Positions 35,241 to 45,040 of a stretch of 64,000 bases of DNA are shown here, piece by piece (position 1 is the stretch's first letter; every line of letters starts with the position of its first letter). Source of the DNA: a virus; IMG/VR virus record IMGVR_UViG_3300037805_000525, positions 32,001 through 96,000 of that record, one strand, 5' to 3'. The notes under the pieces were generated by a model that had not been told where the DNA came from, searched no databases, and saw only the letters and a program-made list of their open reading frames with translations. The position numbers were made by a program, and so were the translations under genes.

Positions 35241-38200
35241 CTACTCAAATACGTTAGTCATCATGTTTAAAGTGCGCCCGACGAAGCCGGGCTCCGCCTC
35301 CGCTCCGGTGAACTTACGCAGGTGTGCCCCAGCCGCGTCCAGGCTCTTGAGGAAGGTGTCGAACTTAGCCTCGATCATCTTTGTGTTTGTGGCCGCGCCC
35401 GCGGAACCCTGCACCTCGGCGGTGGTTGTCCAAAGATCAAGCGCGTCTGCGGCGGCGGTCAAGTCCCCGGACTTGGCGTGCTGCGCAGATGTGCGCAGCT
35501 CCCCCATCAGCTTGCTGACTAGGGACTGGTTGTCCCCGGGCTCCATGCCAGCGCGGCGCAGGTGGTCCTCCGCCATTGTGCGGAGCCCCTGCTCCGACTT
35601 CTCGGTGTACTGCCCGTCTTTTTTATTTAGTACATCCATATCGTCCGAATCAGTGAACATCGTCCGCTTCATCGTGGAGAGCTGCGTACCTGTAAGCCGA
35701 CTGAGGTACTTGAGCGGGTTTCCCTTGGAACCCTTGGCGGCAGCTTTGGCGGCAGCCACGCGCCGCAGCACGCCAGCGGCCGCTGCGCCTTCCGGCCCGG
35801 CGTTGACCAGCTGCTCCGCGGCGTCGTATAGCTCGGTCACGCCATGCCTGGACGCCTCGTCCTGCACGCGCTTACCGAAGTCCAGGAATTTTCGTGTAGT
35901 CTCCCGCGGGTTTACGCCGTCGCCGTACTCTCCGCCGGCCAACGCATCTACGTCGATACCGCTCACAATGGCCGCGCGCCGTAGCCCGGACTTGTACCGT
36001 CCTCGGGCGTCACTAGCCTGTGCGGCGAACCGTTTCGTGCCCTCTGCTGCGGGGACGTACAGCATGGCGTCCGACAACGTGTTCAGCTCGCTCATGTCGA
36101 GCTTCCCGCGCGTGGCGAGGCCCGAAATGATCTCCTTCCGGCCCTTCAAATCACCCGTCTTGAATCTCGCCAACACCTCGCTTATCGCGCGAGCCCGCTG
36201 ATCCTCTGTCACATCCGGACCGGACAGATCGCCCGTCTTTAGCCGAGTGTTCAGCGCGGCTAGGTGGGACATTCCCTCGTTCTGTGCTGCGTGCTTGTAT
36301 AGCGCCTGCATCTGCGAGGTGTGTTTTGCCGAGCCAGTGAGGCCGCCGGAGCTCGCTTGATCCGCGTTCGCCCGGTCATTTTCCGCAGAGCTTATAGTCC
36401 TCGACGACGCGAGGTCGTAGCCCGTATTACGTTTTCCAAGCGCGCCGTAGGTGGCCATCGCGTCCAGCTTTTTTATCTCAGATCGCAGCCCACCGTCGTC
36501 TGTTATGCGCGACGACGTAGTGAGCCCCATCTTATCTGCGGCACCCGTGGCGTACAGAAGCCTGGCGATCTGCGCGCCGGTTGCCTTCGGGTGCAGACGC
36601 TTTATCTCGTCTACGGCGCCCTCCCCAGTTACAGTCCCGCGCGTCGCGCGCTTCACAAGGTCAGCGGCGGCGGTAGGGCCGCCGAACGCGTCTAGGGCGG
36701 CATCCTGATCGTCTTTGAGGGCACGCTCGTACTTGAGCATGTTCGCCTCTTGCGCCGTGTCCAGCGTGTCGCGACCAAATCCGTCACCCATGCCGATACG
36801 GGACACCTGGTTCCCTATGTGGTCTTCCGGGTCGGTCTTGCGCAGGAACCCGTCGCCGCCGTCCATCCGATCTGTGTGATCGAGGAACCGGGTCGTTCGT
36901 GCGTTACGCCCAGTGATCGTAGGCATGTTCGCGGAGCTCTCTCCGGCTGCCCAACGTGCGATCGCTGGACCACTGTTCAGCGCCAAGTTTAGTCCGACGG
37001 CGCCCAGGCCAAACGCGCGCGACTTCATGATCGCCCCGCTGCCGCGAAGTACCGCGCCGGCTGCGCGTACGCCGCCGAACCCCATACTCGCTGTACCGCG
37101 GATCAACCCCTGTCGGCCAGACGACAGGCCCGAGCCAAACTGCCCGACTCCGCTGAGCATCTTGCCTACGCGACCGATCGGGTTGAGGCCCAGCATGGAC
37201 GACGCGCCAAGCATGGTGGCTCCGACGGCCATACCCATCGAATGCTTCGGCATCGTGAGGCCGAAGTTATCAAACTCGGTGAACGACGTTCCGGGAGACA
37301 TGCTGTCAAGCCGCATCGCGGGAGGAACGTATGCGCCGATTCCAGTCGCCGCAGTGTTGGCGATTGACGCGCCGCCAACATGCCCGCCCGAAGAGGCAGA
37401 CATATTTGGGACGCCTGCGGCCTCACGGGCTAGCGCAGACTGAAACGCCCGCTGGCCTCCGCCAAACCTGGCAGGTGTGTAGCTCCCACCTGTGAACGAC
37501 TTCTCCGCACTACCTACCGCCTCGGATACGGACTGCGCGACGCTAGACCCGACGCTGCGCATCTTGTCGCGGATTGGGCCCAAAATCATCTGGTCGGCGA
37601 TGGCAGACACCATCTGGCCTACCCCGATGTTCCCCGTGCCCTCACGATACCCGGACATCGCGGCCTGCTTCACGCGCGCCTGCAGCCCGGATGTTGACGC
37701 CGCATACTGCGACATCTGGTCGAGTCCAGTGCGCGATAGGCCCGACAACCCCTGCGCCTCGGAGCTCTGGTTTGCGCGGCCTTCCGTCATCCCGCGTATG
37801 CCGTGCACAGTGGAGGCCGCGCCGAACTGCGACATGTACTCGCCGGCCAGCTCGGACCGACTACTCCTGAACATGTCGAGGTTCCCGGCGCGGTTGCGTG
37901 CGGCGCGTGCCCGCATCTCACTCCCGTCCATCCCCCCGCTGGACGCACGGCGAGCTGCGGACATGTCGAGCGCGCCAGTCTCCGGGTCCATCATCGCGGC
38001 CAGGAATGTACCGCCCTGCCGAGACCCGAGGAACCTGCTCGCCGCCCCCTGGAACTCTCCGAAGCTCTCCTGCCGCAGTCCCGGGTTCTCCGGACCACGC
38101 ATCGCTTGGCTGAACATCGCACGCTGGTTGATCGCACCTAGTGCGCCACGCATGGGGCTCGAGCCAGTCGCACGACCAAAGGCGGCACCCTGCTGTGCGG

Positions 38201-38978
38201 CCCCAAACATGTCTCCGGGCGACATGCCAGCGCCGCCGTACATACCCATGTTGGCAATCAGGCCGCCGGCCTGCTGCGCAGAGAACCCCATGGATTGCAC
38301 GCTCTGCAGCCCGGCGTACGCCTCCGTCGGGCTTGTGTTCATGATCATTGCCGCGCGTCGCGACTGCTCGACGATCTGCGAGAACCCAGACTGGAACGTG
38401 GAGAGCGAGCTTGTATCGATCTGCCCACTTCGGATTCCGCTACCCATCAGCTGGGTGAGCTGACCGAGGTTCGCGCCAGAGCTCGCGGACAGGCTTGAGG
38501 TAAACGCCGACATCTGCCCCACTGCGCTGTGTGAGGCGCGCGGCAGCATCCCGGAGATCTGCGCGTTGAGCGCCCCACGTTCTTGAGCGCCCTGCTGAAA
38601 CGGCTTGAACGCCAGCGAGTTGGCGGCGGCACCCGCGGCAGCGTAGCCTCCGTACGCGGCCGCACCGGCGGCTATACCTCCGGCCACACCCGCTGAGGCG
38701 AAGCCAGCCCGCCCTGCGGCGAGGGTGCCTGAGAACGGAGACAACATGCGCGGGCCGTGGCCAAACTCAGCCGCAAGCACGGCGCCCGCTGCAATGTAGT
38801 CGGGCGCGGCACCAGCCATGCGGGCGACGGATTCCTGCGTCGAGATAATCCCCTGCATTCGGGAATCTGTACCAGCTTCTGGTGCCCGGTCACCTCCGGC
38901 CATCTGACGGAAGTACGCATTCTGCTGGTTGATCAGCCTGGAGATTTCCTCAGATGAGATCGGCATGGTAGCTCCCAA
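35241..38978 (-). CDS. tail tape measure protein
   Basis: 1245 aa Ala/Gly/Ser-rich helical protein upstream of tube initiator and hub genes. Confidence 0.75.
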   Translation of the reverse strand: MGATMPISSEEISRLINQQNAYFRQMAGGDRAPEAGTDSRMQGIISTQESVARMAGAAPDYIAAGAVLAAEFGHGPRMLSPFSGTLAAGRAGFASAGVAGGIAAGAAAYGGYAAAGAAANSLAFKPFQQGAQERGALNAQISGMLPRASHSAVGQMSAFTSSLSASSGANLGQLTQLMGSGIRSGQIDTSSLSTFQSGFSQIVEQSRRAAMIMNTSPTEAYAGLQSVQSMGFSAQQAGGLIANMGMYGGAGMSPGDMFGAAQQGAAFGRATGSSPMRGALGAINQRAMFSQAMRGPENPGLRQESFGEFQGAASRFLGSRQGGTFLAAMMDPETGALDMSAARRASSGGMDGSEMRARAARNRAGNLDMFRSSRSELAGEYMSQFGAASTVHGIRGMTEGRANQSSEAQGLSGLSRTGLDQMSQYAASTSGLQARVKQAAMSGYREGTGNIGVGQMVSAIADQMILGPIRDKMRSVGSSVAQSVSEAVGSAEKSFTGGSYTPARFGGGQRAFQSALAREAAGVPNMSASSGGHVGGASIANTAATGIGAYVPPAMRLDSMSPGTSFTEFDNFGLTMPKHSMGMAVGATMLGASSMLGLNPIGRVGKMLSGVGQFGSGLSSGRQGLIRGTASMGFGGVRAAGAVLRGSGAIMKSRAFGLGAVGLNLALNSGPAIARWAAGESSANMPTITGRNARTTRFLDHTDRMDGGDGFLRKTDPEDHIGNQVSRIGMGDGFGRDTLDTAQEANMLKYERALKDDQDAALDAFGGPTAAADLVKRATRGTVTGEGAVDEIKRLHPKATGAQIARLLYATGAADKMGLTTSSRITDDGGLRSEIKKLDAMATYGALGKRNTGYDLASSRTISSAENDRANADQASSGGLTGSAKHTSQMQALYKHAAQNEGMSHLAALNTRLKTGDLSGPDVTEDQRARAISEVLARFKTGDLKGRKEIISGLATRGKLDMSELNTLSDAMLYVPAAEGTKRFAAQASDARGRYKSGLRRAAIVSGIDVDALAGGEYGDGVNPRETTRKFLDFGKRVQDEASRHGVTELYDAAEQLVNAGPEGAAAAGVLRRVAAAKAAAKGSKGNPLKYLSRLTGTQLSTMKRTMFTDSDDMDVLNKKDGQYTEKSEQGLRTMAEDHLRRAGMEPGDNQSLVSKLMGELRTSAQHAKSGDLTAAADALDLWTTTAEVQGSAGAATNTKMIEAKFDTFLKSLDAAGAHLRKFTGAEAEPGFVGRTLNMMTNVFE

Positions 38979-39273
38979 GTAGCTGGGCGATCTTCTCGCG
39001 CACCTTGCCGAGAACCTGTCGTGTGACGTCCTCGCCGTAGGGAGTCATGTGTGGGGCAAGGAACGAGGCCACCACCTGCTGCTTGTCTCCGCGCGTGCGC
39101 TTAATGACTGCGAAGCTGCCGTCGTGCATACGGACAAAGCTCCGCGGCTGTACGAGGCGTCCCGCCTTAGAAGCGGCCTGTACCTTCTGTCGCAGGTCCG
39201 CCAGGTCCGCGGAGCTTAGACGCGTTCGGGATTTCCGACGCTGCTCCTCGTGTGGGATCTTCCGTGTAATCAT
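38950..39273 (-). CDS. small basic hypothetical protein
   Basis: RBS aaggag. Confidence 0.65.
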   Translation of the reverse strand: MITRKIPHEEQRRKSRTRLSSADLADLRQKVQAASKAGRLVQPRSFVRMHDGSFAVIKRTRGDKQQVVASFLAPHMTPYGEDVTRQVLGKVREKIAQLLGSYHADLI

Positions 39274-39298
39274 CTCGACTCCTTGCGCGGCGCGTAAA

Positions 39299-39315
39299 TT
39301 ATCACAGCGTGATAA
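39299..39315. promoter_or_regulatory. 17-bp palindrome site 10
   Basis: TTATCACA-G-CGTGATAA. Confidence 0.85.
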
Positions 39316-39359
39316 TCGAGGCTCGTTCCATCCAGTTTAGGTGCTGCGCAACTCTCCGA

Positions 39360-39386
39360 CAAATAGCTACGTGCGTGTGGTATAAG
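39360..39386 (+). promoter_or_regulatory. putative phage promoter
   Basis: caaa-N15-GGTATAAG. Confidence 0.75.
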
Positions 39387-39392
39387 AATTTC

Positions 39393-39824
39393 GGAGCGAA
39401 AGGAGTTGCTATAGGCAATTTGTGCGTGGCAGCAATCGTTTTGAGACTGTTCCTAGTTACACCAGGCATGACGCCTGAGCACTGCGCTCAGGCGAATGAG
39501 GGTCACTGGCTGGGGCAGATAGTCTTGGGGTTGGGCGTTAAGCGCCCGGTACCTGGGCAACTCCAGAACGAGAAGCTGCGAGGACCTAGGGCGACGCCAT
39601 TTTTCGAGGGCGTCCCGACAAGTCCGCATGAGTGGTTGCCTGCGCCGAACCAAGGACATGCCCACGGACGTATTGTCCGGGACACAGTCCTCGAGATGTT
39701 CTGCCCAGGTACATATCGGTGCGTAAGAGCCTGACGGCCGGCACCACGCTTATGACGGCTACCAAGCACCCCCGGGCCCGGCACGTACATCGAAAGGTGC
39801 GTGCGCGGGCCCGTTGTTTTTTAG
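39393..39824 (+). ncRNA. candidate structured non-coding RNA (~430 nt)
   Basis: own promoter and terminator; no convincing ORF; many nested stems, including an 11-bp perfect pair 39549-39559/39702-39712. Confidence 0.65.
39773..39824 (+). terminator. intrinsic terminator
   Basis: cgggcccggcacg...cgtgcgcgggcccg followed by ttgttttttag. Confidence 0.7.
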
Positions 39825-39827
39825 CCC

Positions 39828-40637
39828 TTAGTCTTTGACGAGCTGCAGCGGCGCTGTCCGCGTACGCTCGGCGCACGCCTCCGTCGCGTCAAACGCCTCC
39901 ACAAAAGCATCGGTCATGATGTGCCGCATTGGGCGCGTCATAGCGGCGAACTGCTGCAATACGCCGCGCCCATCTAGGGAGTCGTCCATCGATCGTAGGC
40001 TGAGCAGCACCTTCTCGAGCTGAGCTTCTGCGTCCTTGTCTGAGAGGCCGCGCATCGCCATGATCTCGCTTACTGAGTCCGCAAGGTGTACGACGAGCGG
40101 CTTAGTCGCGTAGGCCAGCGTGGGGCAGTGTCCCGTGATCGTGTACGTGAGGCTTCGCACGCATTCCTCAGAATCAGTGCACTGGTGCGCTTCGGACGCG
40201 AACGGACCTAGCCCTTTGCCGCCAAGACCTGCGTGGATGCCGTAGGCCACGCACAGCGCGGCTATGGCTTTCAGCAGCTCACCGATCTCCTGGTACGGCT
40301 TTACCGCCCCGTAAAGCGCACGCAGGCTCGCGGGTGGAATCAGCTGAGAGAGTGAAGCTACGTCCTCCACGCTATTCCCGGACTTGACCCAGACCAGGAT
40401 CTTATTTGCAAGGTACGCGTTGTCTGCGTGCGCTGCTTGCCGCGTAAATTGGTCATGGCGGCATGCCGATGAAAGCGCGCTACTCACTGGTCGGGCGGCC
40501 ATGCCGAGTGCGGCGCACGCAAGCGCCTCAGCGCGCGCGATAGACGCGGCCATGACCGCGTAGCGTGCGTCGCGGTTCGCGATCTCGAGTTCCAGGTTTT
40601 CAATCTTGCGTAGTAGGCTTTTTGTATTTTGGGTCAC
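39828..40637 (-). CDS. hypothetical protein
   Basis: RBS aggagg, GTGA overlap. Confidence 0.7.
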   Translation of the reverse strand: MTQNTKSLLRKIENLELEIANRDARYAVMAASIARAEALACAALGMAARPVSSALSSACRHDQFTRQAAHADNAYLANKILVWVKSGNSVEDVASLSQLIPPASLRALYGAVKPYQEIGELLKAIAALCVAYGIHAGLGGKGLGPFASEAHQCTDSEECVRSLTYTITGHCPTLAYATKPLVVHLADSVSEIMAMRGLSDKDAEAQLEKVLLSLRSMDDSLDGRGVLQQFAAMTRPMRHIMTDAFVEAFDATEACAERTRTAPLQLVKD

Positions 40638-40852
40638 TTTGCTACCTCCTGTGTTTCCAGATCAGTTATCTCGGCAGAGATATCTGCCGCGAGATCAGCT
40701 ATGAGGCGCGCGGCGCTGGACAACCCGTTACGCCTGTTACCAGGGAGGTCTTCGTCCAGGGACTTCACGCGTAGTTCAGTCGACACATCGCGTAGGATGC
40801 CTTGTACGTTGCGTTGTGCGCTTATGCGCTCGAGTACCTCCAGTACATTCAT
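40634..40852 (-). CDS. small coiled-coil protein
   Basis: ATGA overlap. Confidence 0.65.
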   Translation of the reverse strand: MNVLEVLERISAQRNVQGILRDVSTELRVKSLDEDLPGNRRNGLSSAARLIADLAADISAEITDLETQEVAK

Positions 40853-41565
40853 AGCGCCCTCAGAAACGCCCGCATCTTACTGAACACCGTGCCGCCCGCA
40901 CCGACGTCCGACAGTATCTTTTCGTGTCGGTAGACCACCTCTTCTCGATCAGTGGCACGCGACAGCGCGGACTGGTAGGCCGACGCAGAACTCTTTGCTC
41001 TGCGTCCGTCACGCTGCACGTTTCGTAGGTTTTTTTGCTTGTGCACCACAGCAAGGATGTCGCACCCGCCGTGCGGAAATGACAGCCATAGCCGCTCGAC
41101 GTTGCGCGCGAGTTCATCACGGCTAACCGCGTAGAAGCTGCTCGTGTGCATATTGCCACGGGCTGTTATCGTGCCGCATACGGGGCACATGAAACTGTCG
41201 TTGTTTACGCCTGAAGGGTACTCGTGCCCAAGGCACCCGTTACGCGGGCACCACCGCAGAGACATGCGCGACTCAGCGTATCGCGACATCATCGTCAGCT
41301 CAACCGCGCTGGCACCGTCGGGATCATAGAACCAGAGGGAGGTGCCGCACCACAGCTCTCCACGAGAGCCGCTACTTGGCGCACGCATCAGGTCGATCTG
41401 GACGATGGCCCGGTCAGGCCGCTTCACTTTGTACGCGGCGGGGAATAGTTCGCGAAGGAGCTTGTCAGTCTTCTCCGCGGTGAGCGTCTCGATGACGGCA
41501 GTTTCAGTGGACTCTGCCGGTTCGAGCGCGGCGCCCGGCGACGGCAATTCAGGCATTCTGTTCAT
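40849..41565 (-). CDS. zinc-ribbon protein
   Basis: CPRNGC...CPVCG. Confidence 0.7.
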   Translation of the reverse strand: MNRMPELPSPGAALEPAESTETAVIETLTAEKTDKLLRELFPAAYKVKRPDRAIVQIDLMRAPSSGSRGELWCGTSLWFYDPDGASAVELTMMSRYAESRMSLRWCPRNGCLGHEYPSGVNNDSFMCPVCGTITARGNMHTSSFYAVSRDELARNVERLWLSFPHGGCDILAVVHKQKNLRNVQRDGRRAKSSASAYQSALSRATDREEVVYRHEKILSDVGAGGTVFSKMRAFLRAL

Positions 41566-42137
41566 TGCGAGCTCCTCGCGGGCATGATCACGTCAGTGAG
41601 TAGGGCGTCGGACACAACGTAGCTAGCACCCTGCGGGCTGCCGTCCGCGCTGAACTCCTCGTTGAAGGTCTGCCACACGTGGGCGGAGAACGCACTTAGC
41701 GCGCGGGCAACACTGCCGCTCGTAGTCGCCCTGAATGACCATACATAGCCTAGGGTGCTCTTTCGCGGCTTCCGGTGCTCAGTCCTATATAAACGCGCCT
41801 GTATGTCGAGGTCGTACATTCGACCGGCATCGCTGCGGAGCAGCCCCGCAGCCAGGTGTAGGTGCGATACGACGTCTCGTGCACGCACAAGAACTTCGAA
41901 CTCACCTGCCCCGTGCGCGGCGGAGATCACCTTGTAGAGGGTGAGCGGGTCCGAGTACGCCTGATCGGGGTAGCAGATCTTGAGGCTCTGTAGCGCTTGT
42001 GTGAGCGTGAGCAGCGCTGCCTCAGGTATTGCGTCCATCGGGGAGGGCACCTCCAGCGGCTGCGCCGGGAGCGTGCGTGCGGCCTCAGTTGGTCGGCTCC
42101 CGGACCGGAGGCGTAACGTTGGTCGTGACTTACCCAC
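41562..42137 (-). CDS. hypothetical protein
   Basis: overlapping operon gene. Confidence 0.65.
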   Translation of the reverse strand: MGKSRPTLRLRSGSRPTEAARTLPAQPLEVPSPMDAIPEAALLTLTQALQSLKICYPDQAYSDPLTLYKVISAAHGAGEFEVLVRARDVVSHLHLAAGLLRSDAGRMYDLDIQARLYRTEHRKPRKSTLGYVWSFRATTSGSVARALSAFSAHVWQTFNEEFSADGSPQGASYVVSDALLTDVIMPARSSQ

Positions 42138-42762
42138 TGAACGCGTCCTGCACTTCGAGTCGTAGTGCCGCGTGGATACCCTCTGTCCGCAGAGTAGGCA
42201 GCCTGCTCAAAAACACCACGGGTGCCCCTGCAGCGACCTCTGAGCCCTCGTACACATACGTGGGGGCACCGAGCAGCGTGGCGGTCCCGTCGGGGCATCC
42301 GATGCGTACAGCGCGCATATAGACCTCCCGCTCCGCATTGCTGGAGAATACCGTGCGGACGATGCTGACGCGATTAGTCAGCACGTACTCTGCGATGTAG
42401 CGCAGTGCCTCACGAGGAGCGCGCACCTGGATGGCGTGCACCTCCTTAGCTCGATCAAGTGCGGCCACATACTCTGCTGTACTTGGCGCAGGGTCAGTGA
42501 ACGACGCGGGGTGCTCTGCTCGACGATCTTCGGGCTCGGATACGTCGAGCACGATGGCGGCGGTCACCTTGCAGATCGGCCCGAACAGTAGGATGTTTAT
42601 CGCAGACGCACCTTCGTTGAGGAACCGCACGACGGCAGGGAGTACCGCAGTCGGGCTTCGCGCGACCTCGAGCTCGTACATACGGGTTTCACCGCCCGCA
42701 GTGTCTGTGTCTGCGACGTCGGACAACTGCATGTCCGGATCGATCTTCTTTGTATCAGTCAC
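42130..42762 (-). CDS. hypothetical protein
   Basis: RBS gaggag. Confidence 0.7.
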   Translation of the reverse strand: MTDTKKIDPDMQLSDVADTDTAGGETRMYELEVARSPTAVLPAVVRFLNEGASAINILLFGPICKVTAAIVLDVSEPEDRRAEHPASFTDPAPSTAEYVAALDRAKEVHAIQVRAPREALRYIAEYVLTNRVSIVRTVFSSNAEREVYMRAVRIGCPDGTATLLGAPTYVYEGSEVAAGAPVVFLSRLPTLRTEGIHAALRLEVQDAFSG

Positions 42763-42772
42763 CGTCTACTCC

Positions 42773-43492
42773 TCATGCCGTGATGTTGTTTACGAACCCG
42801 TCGCTCATGTGCCCCACGTCGTCGTCGGGTATCTGCGCGAATCCGAAGGAGGCTACCGCCGAGGCGCGGAAGGCGCGGACACAGCGTCGGACGACGGCAA
42901 CCTGACTCTCGCCGCTGGCTAGCGCGTACGACTTCAGGAAATCGCGTGTGTCGGCTGCGAGCCTGAACTGCGTCATGACGAGCTTGTCTGCGCGAACGCT
43001 GACCTTCTGAATTAGCAAGCTGTTCACCATCGCCTTTCCGCGAACGTTGTCTGTGTCTGCAGACCACCGCCGGCCGCCTGCGAACAGTACCACCCGTGGC
43101 CGGGAATACTGGTCTTTGTGTTTGCCTATCTGCGCGGCACGAAGAACCGCTTTACGTGAGCGGTAGGTACGCTTCTTGGATAGGTCCAGGTACACGGCAA
43201 CGCTCTTTAGCAGGAGGCGGTGGGAGGCGGCCCAATAAGCACGAGCAGGGCCACGCCGCGCATTACGAACGATGTGCGCGTGTAGCGTGGTCACCTCTTG
43301 GCAAAACCTGCAGAACGCGTAACCACCGTCCGCGCCGTTCCCGTGCGGAAATAGGCATTGTGGGCAGTACCACAGCGCGGAGAACAGGTGGCTCACCGGC
43401 CAGACGCGTAGACCGACAAAAGGGGCCCCTGCGCGAAGTGGTCCGCCGTCTCCGCGTGTTTGGTGTGCAAGTGGGTAGTTACGTGCGACCAC
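42773..43492 (-). CDS. Zn-finger plus C-terminal ribbon-helix-helix-like DNA-binding protein
   Basis: CPQC...CRFC; MTQFRLAADTRDFLKSYALASGESQVAVVRRCV resembles CopG/RHH. Confidence 0.5.
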   Translation of the reverse strand: MVARNYPLAHQTRGDGGPLRAGAPFVGLRVWPVSHLFSALWYCPQCLFPHGNGADGGYAFCRFCQEVTTLHAHIVRNARRGPARAYWAASHRLLLKSVAVYLDLSKKRTYRSRKAVLRAAQIGKHKDQYSRPRVVLFAGGRRWSADTDNVRGKAMVNSLLIQKVSVRADKLVMTQFRLAADTRDFLKSYALASGESQVAVVRRCVRAFRASAVASFGFAQIPDDDVGHMSDGFVNNITA

Positions 43493-43495
43493 GCG

Positions 43496-43885
43496 CTAGC
43501 TCTTTCGGCGCTTCTTACGTGAACTGCCTCGGAGGACGATTGGTCCTTGAGCAAACACGTCGTTCAGGAACTTCTCGGCGTCGGCAACCTTCTTCTTCTC
43601 GAAGTCTCCGGACCCAGGAATGTAGTCCTCTCGAAGTACGGCACGGATACTGTTCACGTACTCTGTCGAGGATTCCGAGGTCACTAGGTTGCTTATCACG
43701 CTGTGATATTCGGTGCGCTGCTTCCGGTTAAAGATGTGAATCCAAATCAACTCAGCCAGCGAATCCCTCGCTGGGACTGGCAGCGCACCTGACCGAATCA
43801 GCTCGTAGTAGAGGCAACCACGCGCCCACCCGATTGGATCACTTAGCTCATTTTTACGGTGCCGTGCATGACACCCGACTTCCAC
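43496..43885 (-). CDS. putative tail assembly chaperone (downstream part)
   Basis: overlaps 3' end of 43843..44622 in another frame. Confidence 0.45.
   Translation of the reverse strand: MEVGCHARHRKNELSDPIGWARGCLYYELIRSGALPVPARDSLAELIWIHIFNRKQRTEYHSVISNLVTSESSTEYVNSIRAVLREDYIPGSGDFEKKKVADAEKFLNDVFAQGPIVLRGSSRKKRRKS
43693..43709. promoter_or_regulatory. 17-bp palindrome site 11 (inside CDS)
   Basis: TTATCACG-C-TGTGATAT, encodes YHSVI. Confidence 0.8.
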
Positions 43886-44622
43886 AAGCTACTAACCCGG
43901 TCGTCCAACCAACGAACCTGTGTATGTAGCGCCGCCTGTAGCGGCGGAGGCACGTTGTCGATCATGTAGTTCGTGGTGTTCAGCACACGCTTGAACTCGT
44001 CCCGCCGGTGAATCTTGCGATCTGCTGAGGCGGGTGTGTTCGGAGCGTCGTTGTCTGGCGGGTACGGGCGCATGTTCCCAGGTGTCCCGACCTCAAGGAT
44101 GCGACTCGACAACAGCGCGCATTGCGCTACGTTGCTCGCCGCGATGTCCGACTCGTCGCTGAACGAGTCGGTGACCTTACGTATCACCTTGGCCATGATG
44201 ATCTCGTCGAGAGAACGTTGCGTGCGTAGAGTGGCCCACAGGAACGGCTCGCCGTCTGGGCCGAACAGTACGGGGACGTCTTGGGTCATGTACCCAGACA
44301 TGACGTGCTCGATGAGCGAGAGTTCGCTTTCGATACGGTCTTCGGTTGCCGCCCGGTAGTCGGGGGTGTCGAAGAACGAGCCCGACCACTCGTACCCGGC
44401 GAACCGGTCGACTTTGGGAGCGTCGTCCTCTGCGGCCACCTCGGGCTGTGAGTTCAGCGCCTGGTAGTCCTCGACGAAGTCTGCGGCCTGCTCACGAATG
44501 TCGGCGCGCATCTTCCGCCCAGCGGGGGCTGGTGGAGCCACCTGCTGCGCCGGGTCGGGAGCCCGCTGCTGTGAGCGGGCCTTGACCTGTTCACGGATGC
44601 CACTCATCTTATCATCGCTCAA
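43843..44622 (-). CDS. putative tail assembly chaperone
   Basis: acidic 259 aa protein between tube and tape measure genes. Confidence 0.45.
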   Translation of the reverse strand: MSDDKMSGIREQVKARSQQRAPDPAQQVAPPAPAGRKMRADIREQAADFVEDYQALNSQPEVAAEDDAPKVDRFAGYEWSGSFFDTPDYRAATEDRIESELSLIEHVMSGYMTQDVPVLFGPDGEPFLWATLRTQRSLDEIIMAKVIRKVTDSFSDESDIAASNVAQCALLSSRILEVGTPGNMRPYPPDNDAPNTPASADRKIHRRDEFKRVLNTTNYMIDNVPPPLQAALHTQVRWLDDRVSSLWKSGVMHGTVKMS

Positions 44623-44975
44623 TTCACAACTCCGTCAGGGCCGGGTGCTGGTTCGGTGTTCGCCCATCGAACCCGGGCACTGTAGCACCCGCTGCAGGTT
44701 AGGCTGGGCCAATTGTAGAGTGCTGCGACATCGAGGCAGTCGCCGTAGTGCGGACAATCTAGCTCCCGGCTGAACTCGATTGCGTAGGTCGCTACGAAGT
44801 GGTCGTCGTCGGAAAAGATGAACGGCCCGACCTCAGCGTCCAGGTCAGCGTCCACTCGACGACGAACACCGTAGTAGCCCCAGATTGTGTTCACCGCGGT
44901 GGTTGGCTCGGGCATTCGACTCTCGCAGTTTGGCCGGAAAAGCGATTGAGGCGTGGATGATATACACTTCTGCAC
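44619..44975 (-). CDS. Cys-rich hypothetical protein
   Basis: DCPHYGDCLD...CSGC. Confidence 0.6.
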   Translation of the reverse strand: MQKCISSTPQSLFRPNCESRMPEPTTAVNTIWGYYGVRRRVDADLDAEVGPFIFSDDDHFVATYAIEFSRELDCPHYGDCLDVAALYNWPSLTCSGCYSARVRWANTEPAPGPDGVVN

Positions 44976-45013
44976 CGAGAGTCAACTCTAATGTTGAAAC
45001 ATTTTTGGTGCGT

Positions 45014-45040
45014 CAAACACACCTGTTTGTTTGGCATAAG
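45014..45040 (+). promoter_or_regulatory. putative phage promoter
   Basis: caaa-N15-GGCATAAG. Confidence 0.75.

Noticed and set aside
39309-39734. 141 aa ORF over the ncRNA candidate
   Set aside because: Starts upstream of the promoter inside the palindrome, the internal ATG lacks an RBS, composition is atypical, and extensive base pairing explains the region better.
39393-39770. tmRNA, RNase P RNA or tRNA identity for the ncRNA candidate
   Set aside because: No T-loop GTTCRA with acceptor stem, and no GAGGAAAGTCC RNase P motif.
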